Part shown: piece after piece, positions 30,028-37,972 of the stretch | Layout of the letters: each line of letters starts with the position of its first letter | How positions within the stretch are numbered: position 1 is the first letter of the stretch | From: Verrucomicrobiia bacterium | Lineage (GTDB): Bacteria; Verrucomicrobiota; Verrucomicrobiia; Limisphaerales; UBA1319 | DNA length: 64,000 nt | Direction of reading: 5' to 3' | Assembly (NCBI GenBank): GCA_963664225.1 | Contig: OY760937.1 | Location: 4,608,001-4,672,000, forward strand | The notes under the pieces: generated by a model | Database searches by the model: none | Told to the model about the DNA's origin: nothing | The model's input: the letters and a program-made list of their open reading frames with translations, nothing else | Translations under genes and position numbers: made by a program

Positions 30028-30450
30028 ATGAACCCCAGAGTCATCGTCAGGATCGCCGCGACCCTCACCGCATTGTTGGCGGTGGCGGCGCTCGTGGTTC
30101 TGATGGTGGCTGCGGCGCGATTTGTCAGCCAGGAGCCAAACTCGTCCCAGTTCCACAGAAGGCTGGGAGTTTTGGGGCTGTTCGCCATTGTCCCGGTCCT
30201 GTTCATTTGGGCCACGATTCAGGCGTGGCGCGGGACTCCCAAGGGGATTGTTTCGCTGAGTTCGGGGTGGATTCTGTTCGGGCTGGGCGGCAGCATTGGC
30301 TAACTGTTCTGGTTTTTCATGGAGTGGAAAATCCAGGATGCCCTCATGGCAATTATTTGGATTGGCGTATTCCTGTTCGGTGTTTTGATTGCCAGACAGG
30401 AAAACAAAATTGTGCGCCCGACCTCCCGCAGTAAACCAAGCCAGCCATGA
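30028..30450 (+). pseudogene. Small membrane protein with in-frame TAA at 30301; first unit of the array
   Basis: Frame continues past TAA (LFWFFMEW...SKPSQP) to TGA 30448-50, which overlaps the next ATG; 5' end is a degenerate array repeat. Confidence 0.7.
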
Positions 30451-30670
30451 TTCCAAAACTCCTCGATGGACTGTCTGTGGCGTGAGCAAAATCCGACTGT
30501 TGAATTCCGGGAGTATTCCAGAACCGACTCCGTCTAATCAGGAGATGAAAACTGAAGTCGTCCTTGTCCGAGCATTCCAGGGATTTTGCAATGATTTTAC
30601 ACCTTTCTGACATTTGTCCCCCTCAAGAACGCAATCAATGTGGACATGAAAAGTCCGCGACGTCGGAACC

Positions 30671-30778
30671 ATGAAACCCAAACTGATCCTCTGCCTCGCG
30701 CTCGTTTTGAGCGACGGGCTGTTCGATTCCAACGCGCAGAGAAAAGACGGGCAAGACGGTCGTCCAGAACCTCTTTGA
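30671..30778 (+). pseudogene. 35-aa remnant: repeat-encoded signal peptide plus short tail
   Basis: Translates MKPKLILCLALVLSDGLFDSNAQRKDGQDGRPEPL*. Confidence 0.6.
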
Positions 30779-30793
30779 TGAGCTGCCCGCGTC

Positions 30794-31090
30794 GTGAAAG
30801 CGATCAACATTTCAAAGATGCAAAAAGCGAGAACACCTTCTTCCAAAAGATACTTCTGGCAACTTGTCATTTGCCTGGCGTTGGGTCTCGTAATGTATTG
30901 GCCGCTTTATCTGGGAGAACTCGCCGCAGCAATTTACATTTATGGCTTCACCGTTGGCGTTTATTTGTTGATTCAGCTATCAACGCGGTTTCGCAATCCG
31001 CTACACGGCGTATTAATCATCTGTGTTTTAGCCCCGATTGCGTTCTACCTGGGCTGCTGCGCGGTGGCTATGGGCGGAATGGGACGTTAG
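30794..31090 (+). CDS. Small hypothetical membrane protein (array cargo)
   Basis: Three hydrophobic segments; start uncertain. Confidence 0.6.
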   Translation: MKAINISKMQKARTPSSKRYFWQLVICLALGLVMYWPLYLGELAAAIYIYGFTVGVYLLIQLSTRFRNPLHGVLIICVLAPIAFYLGCCAVAMGGMGR

Positions 31091-31102
31091 CACAAGCGAA
31101 TC

Positions 31103-32320
31103 ATGAAACCCAAACTCAACCGCTGCCTCGCGCTTGCCTTTGTTGGTGGCGCTGCCTGCATTTACGCCGCCAGCACTCCGCTGGATCGGGTCGCAGCGGA
31201 GCAACGCGAATTGTCCGTGTTACTGGCCAAAGCCAGTCCGAGCAGTTTCGGCACTAACTCGCCGGACTTGTCCCGCCGTGACGATAATTTTTCCCCCTAT
31301 CTCACCAGGGCAGAGAACGAGCGGTTTGTCCAATTGCTGCGCGATGCCGAAATATCGGCGGCGGTAACGCGTGAACAAGCACTGGCTGCGGTTAAGCAGC
31401 GGCAACTTGACGAGAACTTGCCGGGTTTCCAGTACAACGCTTTGATGGACCTCGTCAATCGAAGATGGCCGCATGATGAAGCAGTGATTGGCTTTTATCG
31501 CGACGCGTTGGCAAGGCGCGGCGAAGTGGCAATCTCTGATTTGTTTTCTCCCACTCCGGGCATTTGGGATGATTCGTTGCTTGAGCCGGTCATCGCAGTG
31601 ATTGAGAAGGCTGGCAAACCGAACCAAGTTCATTGGAACGTTGTGGACCACGCGCTCGCCGTGCTCGACCGTCATCACTCCGTTTGGGAAACGAATACCG
31701 CGATTCCTCCGCGGCTGAGCAAAGCTGTGTTGGCGATGTTTCCCTCCTTGACGAATACTGCGGTTTCCGGCCCGCGACCAGGCGAGCAAATGTGGTGCTA
31801 CGCCCTGCAAATGCTCGCAAAGACCCACGACTCTGAAATGATCCCGGTGCTGCGGCCGTTTTTGACGAACAAAGGGATGGCGGGCGATGGCTGTTATTGG
31901 ATCGTCGAGGCCAATCCGCCATTACGGGCTTGCGATAGAGCGGCCATCACAATCAGACAGCTCCTCGGGGAACGGAACTCCGTTGAGCCAATCGGAATGC
32001 CGGGCCTGCCTTACTGGAACGTGCGCGAGTCATATCCGAAATGGGATGAATGGGACGGAAAGATAGCTGAGTTGCAGCAACAACTTGATGCGCTCGGAAG
32101 TGCGTTACATTTCATCTGCACAAACCATCTGGATACCGCGCAACAAATGATGACGACGCCTGAAGCCATTCAGAGGATTCCAGGCGAAGGCGAAGGCGCA
32201 AGCGCCTGGCGAGTCTCGTGGAAGCACAAAATACCTGTCGGCGCTGCTGCAATTAAAGGCGGCCAACTCCTCATTATCGTCCACGATTCTGGCAAAGTGG
32301 AAAAAGGGTTCAGCGAATGA
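31103..32320 (+). CDS. Secreted hypothetical protein (array cargo)
   Basis: Starts MKPKLNRCLALAFVGG; 405-aa ORF; stop overlaps the next ATG. Confidence 0.75.
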   Translation: MKPKLNRCLALAFVGGAACIYAASTPLDRVAAEQRELSVLLAKASPSSFGTNSPDLSRRDDNFSPYLTRAENERFVQLLRDAEISAAVTREQALAAVKQRQLDENLPGFQYNALMDLVNRRWPHDEAVIGFYRDALARRGEVAISDLFSPTPGIWDDSLLEPVIAVIEKAGKPNQVHWNVVDHALAVLDRHHSVWETNTAIPPRLSKAVLAMFPSLTNTAVSGPRPGEQMWCYALQMLAKTHDSEMIPVLRPFLTNKGMAGDGCYWIVEANPPLRACDRAAITIRQLLGERNSVEPIGMPGLPYWNVRESYPKWDEWDGKIAELQQQLDALGSALHFICTNHLDTAQQMMTTPEAIQRIPGEGEGASAWRVSWKHKIPVGAAAIKGGQLLIIVHDSGKVEKGFSE

Positions 32321-33417
32321 AAACAAACTTCCTCTGTCTCGCGCTCGTTTTGAGCGGTGGTGTGTTCGACTGTTCCCGCATCGTTCGGGCGGACGAAGCT
32401 GTTGCCAAAACGGTTTCATCCAATACAGACCTGAGTTTTGAATCGCTTTTGAACGCGGCATTTCCGGGCAGGCAATTGCATGAGCTTAATTTGTATGGGC
32501 CGGATGCCCGCCAGTTGTCGAGCGAGCGATGGAATCAACTAGCCGTTGCCGCTGCACGCGAGTTGTCGCTCCAGACAACCAATGGCTTGGTGATAACCAA
32601 GGAAACAGTGGCTGGATTGCCTAACGGCTCATTGGCGACCGACTCACCGGAACAAGCCGCGCTTCGCCGATTGTGTTGGAGCAACGAGGAACAGATGACA
32701 TTCCTTCGTGATGCGTCGAACAACCGCCTGTTCAATGACGCAGGGGTCATCGGGCCTCTGATCGCCATGCTCGATTATCCCGGGGAGAAAACCATCATCA
32801 GACAGGAGGCCGCACAGATTCTGTGCCAGTTGACCCTGCGCGGTCGGCCGGAACAGACGCAGATATACCTCTACGTGGATGGGGAAAACAATCCAAAGCG
32901 CCCCCAATATGCTGCGTGGTGGCGAGAGTGGTGGGCAAAAAACAAAAGCAAACATCCCGTTTTCGATTCAACGGTTGAGGCGTTGGTCTCGAACCGCATC
33001 GCAGGCATTGAATTACAGTTGGACAAGGATGTAGCGAAGAATTACTCGGAGTTGAACTATTTGAAGCCCAAATACATTCGATTTGACGTCCATCCAGTGA
33101 ATGTGATTGATGTCAGAGTGGATTCTTCCATCCTCTCAGCAATTGGTTCTCGCACTGCGCCTGATGGAACGTGGCGAGAAGCCGGGGAAGAGGATCACAT
33201 CTATCTTCGCATCACGGCCGGCTTTATAACACCGCCGTTTAGTCCGGTTTCAGACGACACTCCAAAACGTTGGCAATCATTAAAGAAAGAGGTTTTCCGG
33301 GAAACCATCCCGGATACGGATATTGTCATCACGGTTCAGGCAGCCTCGAAGGACGCCGAGTTTGTCCGACAAGTGCGGGCGTGTTTGGCAAAGCTGTCAC
33401 CCATGAAAGAGAATTAA
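32317..33417 (+). CDS. Secreted hypothetical protein with HEAT-like helical segment (array cargo)
   Basis: Starts MKTNFLCLALVLSGGVFDC; VIGPLIAMLD...IRQEAAQILCQLT...WWREWWAKNK. Confidence 0.75.
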   Translation: MKTNFLCLALVLSGGVFDCSRIVRADEAVAKTVSSNTDLSFESLLNAAFPGRQLHELNLYGPDARQLSSERWNQLAVAAARELSLQTTNGLVITKETVAGLPNGSLATDSPEQAALRRLCWSNEEQMTFLRDASNNRLFNDAGVIGPLIAMLDYPGEKTIIRQEAAQILCQLTLRGRPEQTQIYLYVDGENNPKRPQYAAWWREWWAKNKSKHPVFDSTVEALVSNRIAGIELQLDKDVAKNYSELNYLKPKYIRFDVHPVNVIDVRVDSSILSAIGSRTAPDGTWREAGEEDHIYLRITAGFITPPFSPVSDDTPKRWQSLKKEVFRETIPDTDIVITVQAASKDAEFVRQVRACLAKLSPMKEN

Positions 33418-33418
33418 C

Positions 33419-33703
33419 ATGAAGCTGAACCTTGTCCTCTGCCTCGCTCGAGGTTTGCTTTACACATATTGTCTAATTCTCCCGTACGGCCTGTTTGTGG
33501 CTTGGACGGGAATTAGAATGTGGAAAGATCCTCAGGCATCCTGGTGTGAGATTGTTCTTGGCGCTCTTGGTATATCTTTTTACACCTTCGCCACATGGTG
33601 GTATTTCAGCCTGCCCTTGGTCGCCGCCATAGCGTGGTGGTTGTATCTGCGGAGACAGGCCAAGGACTCACTCAACAAGCAATCGCCCCACGCTAAACCA
33701 TGA
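33419..33703 (+). CDS. Small membrane protein (array cargo)
   Basis: Starts MKLNLVLCLA; hydrophobic; TGA is provided by the next repeat. Confidence 0.7.
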   Translation: MKLNLVLCLARGLLYTYCLILPYGLFVAWTGIRMWKDPQASWCEIVLGALGISFYTFATWWYFSLPLVAAIAWWLYLRRQAKDSLNKQSPHAKP

Positions 33704-33738
33704 AACCCAAACTCATCCTCTGCCTCGCGCTCGTATGA
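33700..33738 (+). other. 'Empty' repeat unit: 12-codon mini-ORF MKPKLILCLALV*
   Basis: ATG 33700 overlaps the upstream TGA; its own TGA overlaps ATG 33735. Confidence 0.8.
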
Positions 33739-34160
33739 AACCATATTTTACTTCCATTGCTTTAGGCGTGGCAGCGTCCGCGATAGGCAGTGCCATCCTC
33801 GCGTCTGGTTCTGCCATAACCGCCGGGGCGACAAAGCATGTTTTGGAGGCATGGCCGTGGCTATTTTCTGTTTCTGTCATTCCCTGCGCGATTCTTCCAG
33901 CAATTGTCCTCCGGCTTGGTTCTAAAGTTTCATTTCGTGGCGGGCATTTTCTCTGCGTCTTCCTGCTCGCCTTTGCTGCCGTGGCCTTGGCTGGTTCTGC
34001 CGGCATTGTTATTGTGGAATCCGCGAGACGCGGCATCGCCAACGTAAATGTTTCCGGATATTTGGTTTGGTGCTGGGTCTATGCAATTGCTCTGCTGCCA
34101 GTCTCTTATCCTTTGGCGGCACTGGTTCTTTACCTTTCCGAAAAGAGACGCGAGCCATGA
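33735..34160 (+). CDS. Four-TM hypothetical membrane protein (array cargo)
   Basis: Starts ATGAAACC (MKP); hydrophobic; stop overlaps the next ATG. Confidence 0.72.
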   Translation: MKPYFTSIALGVAASAIGSAILASGSAITAGATKHVLEAWPWLFSVSVIPCAILPAIVLRLGSKVSFRGGHFLCVFLLAFAAVALAGSAGIVIVESARRGIANVNVSGYLVWCWVYAIALLPVSYPLAALVLYLSEKRREP

Positions 34161-34546
34161 AACCGAAAATTACCCTCTGCCTCGCGCTTGTTTTGAGCGG
34201 CGTTTTGCTCGGCTGCTCAACCAGCAACCGACATTCTGCCACGGCTTCTGTGTTGAACCACGGGCAGTCGGCTGTAGAGATAGTTCTCGCCGGCCACCAT
34301 TTTGCGCCTCCCACTACCGTCCGAGGGACAGGCGACGTCGTGTGGACAATTGCGGCAAGGCCACGCTCAAATTCCGCCGTCGAAATAGCGCAGGTTGAGA
34401 CGCACCCGGATGGTCGAATCACGGTCGAGATTTACAGTTGCCAGTATGTCGCGAGCGAGTGGGCCAGGCTTGGTCCCAAGTTTGCCGATCCCGGCCTGAA
34501 ACAGGAGGCAATGACGATGCTAGACCAGATTCTCAGAATACCATGA
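34157..34546 (+). CDS. Hypothetical lipoprotein (array cargo)
   Basis: MKPKITLCLALVLSGVLLGC with lipobox LLGC. Confidence 0.78.
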   Translation: MKPKITLCLALVLSGVLLGCSTSNRHSATASVLNHGQSAVEIVLAGHHFAPPTTVRGTGDVVWTIAARPRSNSAVEIAQVETHPDGRITVEIYSCQYVASEWARLGPKFADPGLKQEAMTMLDQILRIP

Positions 34547-35043
34547 AACCCAAACTGTCGCCTTACCACTTTCAACGCCGTCGGCCTGGTGCATTGGATC
34601 ATCTGCAGATTGCGGAAGCAACGGCGCAGGCGGTTGCCGAAATTCGCGCTCTGACCGGCTGGCTCTTGAGGGAAGGTTGCCCCGCCGTGGCGCTGTGGGG
34701 CTTTTCGCTAGGCGGACGATTGGCGGGATTAACAGCATGCCGCGATTCGCGGCTGGCCGCTATCGTTCTGACCAAACCCGGCGTGCGCAGCAATCTCTCG
34801 TTCCCAGAACTGGTCCTCTGGCGTGGCATTCGGGAAACGTTGCAGGGGCAGCGCGCGGAGTGGGCGGCGTTGAACCTGACCTCGTGGACTCTGACCTCGG
34901 CCCAGCCAGCCATCCCCAAGGAGAACATTTTGTTGATCGAAGCGGTCCATGACTTGTTGACGCCGAGAGAACCCCTCGTAAAGGGGTTCGCCCATAGAAC
35001 GGTGCGGTTATGGGCGCACATGGACGATGAAAAGGGTGGGTGA
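34543..35043 (+). pseudogene. Alpha/beta hydrolase fragment fused behind MKPKL
   Basis: PYHFQRR, ALWGFSLGG nucleophile elbow, IEAVHDL; N-terminal part absent. Confidence 0.7.
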
Positions 35044-35054
35044 ATGAGGTCTTG

Positions 35055-35082
35055 AATGGACAATGGATAATTGACAATTGAC
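35055..35082 (+). repeat. Heptamer tandem repeat, four copies
   Basis: aatggac aatggat aattgac aattgac. Confidence 0.7.
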
Positions 35083-35096
35083 CAAGGTGGATAAGA

Positions 35097-35165
35097 ATGC
35101 CGCTCCGCTGGAGCTTGGGTTTTGTCGTTGTTCGATTTCTATAAACATGCCACTCCTACGGAGTT
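35097..35165. repeat. REP-like element (gctcc-ggagc hairpin...ctataaacatgcc...hairpin)
   Basis: Same architecture as 49128-49230 and 49744-49846. Confidence 0.7.
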
Positions 35166-35214
35166 TCTGATTGCGGTCCACCGGGCGGAGGCATCCGGAA
35201 CATCCGCAGACGAG

Positions 35215-35310
35215 GACGCCCCCCGGCCATGACCGTTTCAAGCGATCCTCCGCAAGGAGTGGATTCTTGCGTTCAACCGGTTGACCACGGGTTGACTGCA
35301 GTTTGAATGG
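35215..35310 (+). repeat. ~100-bp direct repeat, right copy
   Basis: Aligns with 29867-29972. Confidence 0.85.
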
Positions 35311-35549
35311 CCAGGATGAACAGGATGGGGAGTGGATAAGGAGGAGGCATCCGCAGATGCCCGACCATCGCCGCGCGGATTGGCACGGAGCGATTTCTGA
35401 TTGTCTGAAATCACGACTTCCTGGTTGGTGGTGAGTGCGGGATGCTCTCCACCGGCGAGCCGATGCAGTTCGCCGCCGACCTGGGGTTGCGGGTATGAGC
35501 CATGGGGGAAGTGTTCGATGCGAGCGGGAGATTGTTTGAGCAGACCCGG

Positions 35550-36803
35550 CTATTTTTCGCCCAGAGAATTTCGCGCCAGCCTTTCCAGGTCTGCGTCTGT
35601 CGCGTTGGGAAGAAAGCGCTTTCGATACAGTTCATCATGCAATATCTGCAAAATAGCGACCAGGGGCGCCGCGACCAAAACACCCAGAACACCGAAGGCA
35701 GCCACACACAAAAGCATGGAAAAGATGACTGCCGTGGAATGCAGCTTCATGCTGCGCGCGATGATCAGTGTGGAGATCACATTATTTTCCAGGAGCTGTA
35801 CGGCGAGATACGCGAGGAGAACCCAGAGGGGAGTCCATCCTCCCTTGGTCAGAGCGAACATGAGGGCGGGCAGGGCGCTGAGGATGGGGCCGATATAGGG
35901 AATGGCTTCGAGGACACCCGCGATGAGTCCCAAGACCAAGGCATCGGTAAAACCCAGGAGGGGCCACATCAGCACAAAAACCAAAAGACCGACGGCCAGC
36001 ATCGACAGAGCAGTGGCCAATGCCCAGCCCGGCACAAATTTTGCTATGCGTTGCATGATGGTCAACGTCTGAGCGTGGTGGCGCTCGGGGACCAGAGAAA
36101 AGATGGCCCCGAAAATCGGGCGGGGGTTCATGAGCGTATAAGTCACGCCAAAGAAGACGGTCCCCAGAACGAACAGAATCTGGGCCACATTGAACGCCAC
36201 GGCCGTAAAGCGGCCGGCCACTCCCTGTAGCGTCTGGCTTAAACTGGAACGAATCGAGCCGGTCGCCGTTGTGGTTTTGTCCGGAGTCGGCTCGCTGGCG
36301 GGCGCGACTTCCGGCTTGTCCGATTTCGTCGGGGAACTTGAAATTTCGGAAGTGACTTCGGCCTGAATTTTGTCCTCGGAATGAGCCGCCTGGCGCTCCA
36401 ATTTGATCAAGGGCTTTTGAATCCGCGCCCAGTAAACCGGAAACTCATCCGATAGCTTTGAGAACGAGGTTTTCAATGGCGCGAAAAAGGCCAGTCCCGT
36501 CAGGGCGAAAAGCGCTATCATTGAGGCCGCAAGGATCGCTGTGGTGATTTTTCTCCCGCCCGTCAAAGCTCGCATCCTGGAAATGATTGGATTGACGGCA
36601 AGTGAAATCAGGAGAATGAGCAGAAACGACAGCAGAATGGGTGACAACAGCGAGAACGTCTGGATGAAAGCAAAGGACGCCGCTCCCAGCAGCACATAAA
36701 ACGAGGTCGAATGCGGATTCGCTTCTTTTCTCAAGTGGCCGGGCATTTCATCTTTTTCCCAAGTTATTTTGCCGTCCGACGGTGCGGCTTGCGGTGTTCT
36801 CAT
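35550..36803 (-). CDS. AI-2E (PerM) family transporter
   Basis: EAIPYIGPILS, QLLENNVI, FGVLGVLVAAPL; start may be 36746. Confidence 0.88.
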   Translation of the reverse strand: MRTPQAAPSDGKITWEKDEMPGHLRKEANPHSTSFYVLLGAASFAFIQTFSLLSPILLSFLLILLISLAVNPIISRMRALTGGRKITTAILAASMIALFALTGLAFFAPLKTSFSKLSDEFPVYWARIQKPLIKLERQAAHSEDKIQAEVTSEISSSPTKSDKPEVAPASEPTPDKTTTATGSIRSSLSQTLQGVAGRFTAVAFNVAQILFVLGTVFFGVTYTLMNPRPIFGAIFSLVPERHHAQTLTIMQRIAKFVPGWALATALSMLAVGLLVFVLMWPLLGFTDALVLGLIAGVLEAIPYIGPILSALPALMFALTKGGWTPLWVLLAYLAVQLLENNVISTLIIARSMKLHSTAVIFSMLLCVAAFGVLGVLVAAPLVAILQILHDELYRKRFLPNATDADLERLARNSLGEK

Positions 36804-37082
36804 AGTGGTTGGCCAGGACGAGAAGATGCTTCCCGTCCGGTTTGGTAAAATGGTCGCGAGGACGTTTTGCCATCTTTTCAGCCGTGATCCTACGAACAGG
36901 CGGGACGGCCCGAAGCGTCCTGGTCCTTAACACCTGCCGCTGTTTATCCACCTCCTGTCACCCTTTGAGCCGGTTCGATTTCCCGGTTGAGAAACATCGC
37001 AGGATGGAATTGGCTCCGGGCGGGGCCGCCTGGAAAATTTGTGTTTTCCAAACCCACTTGAAGGGCGGATGGAGGATGAAAT

Positions 37083-37269
37083 TCATTTACGAAACATTTT
37101 TGCCACGAAGAAGATGACGATGGCCCCCAAAAGTCCTCCGCCTCCCAGGAGATATGGCGGCTTTGGCCATTTTTGGCAATGCCTGGACGATTCGGCGCTC
37201 AGCGTCATACATGTCCGCGAGTTCGTCCAAGAACAAATCTTTAAGAACTTTTTTGTTCGTTGTGTTCAT
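37083..37269 (-). pseudogene. Truncated DUF892/YciF ferritin-like gene joined to the 3' end of a small membrane protein gene
   Basis: LKDLFLDELADMYDAERRIVQALPKMAKAA stops abruptly; another frame reads LGGGGLLGAIVIFFVAKMFRK*. Confidence 0.7.
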
Positions 37270-37339
37270 AGGTCTATAAAGGGTGGGGCAAGCCCCCTGT
37301 GGCCGAGTCCTCCCGACCGCAAGGGGCGCCCCGGCCGTT

Positions 37340-37924
37340 TTAGTGGAAGACCGAGTGAGTTACCTCGGATTTAGTACCCGGGCGATCGGCGGCCCGGACT
37401 TCCTTGGATGTGGACGCTTCACCGGAGGTGCAGATGTCCTGCGCTCCCGCTTTGGTGAATATGTCCCTGGCCCGTGTAATCTCCTCCGAACTTTCGGTGT
37501 GGACCGACAGGAGAAGGTTGCCGGCCTTGACCTTGCCTTCGTAGCGTTTGGCTTCGAACTCCGGAATGCCCAGACCGATCAACCCTCCGGCGATACCACC
37601 GACGGTGGCTCCAATGGCCACACCGCTTAACGCGGCGATAATGGGGCCGGCCGCGATGAACGGCCCGACGCCCGGAATCGCCAATGCCCCAATCCCTGCA
37701 ATCCAGCCCAAGGCACCACCGATGACACCACCGGTGCCCGCACCGGCGACAGCGCCTTCGGGGGCTTTGGTGTTCTTCTCATGTGCGAAATCGCGAGTCG
37801 TTCCCTTGTCCGGGAACAGGACGGAAATGTCGTTATTGGAGAAGCTGGCGTTTTTGAGCTGATCGACAATGCGGTCAGCCTGGTCGCGGGAGGTGGCCAA
37901 ACAGAATACGGATGTTTTAGACAT
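37340..37924 (-). CDS. General stress membrane protein with glycine zipper
   Basis: SNNDISVL, GALAIPGVGPFIAAGP, GIPEFEAKRYE. Confidence 0.8.
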   Translation of the reverse strand: MSKTSVFCLATSRDQADRIVDQLKNASFSNNDISVLFPDKGTTRDFAHEKNTKAPEGAVAGAGTGGVIGGALGWIAGIGALAIPGVGPFIAAGPIIAALSGVAIGATVGGIAGGLIGLGIPEFEAKRYEGKVKAGNLLLSVHTESSEEITRARDIFTKAGAQDICTSGEASTSKEVRAADRPGTKSEVTHSVFH

Positions 37925-37972
37925 ATGCTTAAGTGCTTTCTTTTGTTTGTTAGAAATTGAAGACGGAACTAA

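Larger units (their letters stand above)
30669..34558 (+). repeat. Dispersed start-codon/signal-peptide repeat (ccATGAAACCCAAACTcATCCTCTGCCTCGCGCTCGTTTTGAGCG)
   Basis: Copies with ATG at 30671, 31103, 32317, 33419, 33700, 34157 and 34543; short or degenerate copies at 33735, 30447 and 30028. Confidence 0.92.

Noticed and set aside
30640..31257. 205-aa ORF spanning two array repeats
   Set aside because: Off-frame reading of the repeats (HETQTxPLPRA twice); Arg-rich and overlaps better-supported ORFs
29822..35400. Classical integron (attC sites, intI) or CRISPR array
   Set aside because: No RYYYAAC...GTTRRRY intergenic hairpins; genes abut directly; GTTAG at 31086 is just a stop codon; spacing is gene-sized and irregular; no integrase or cas gene
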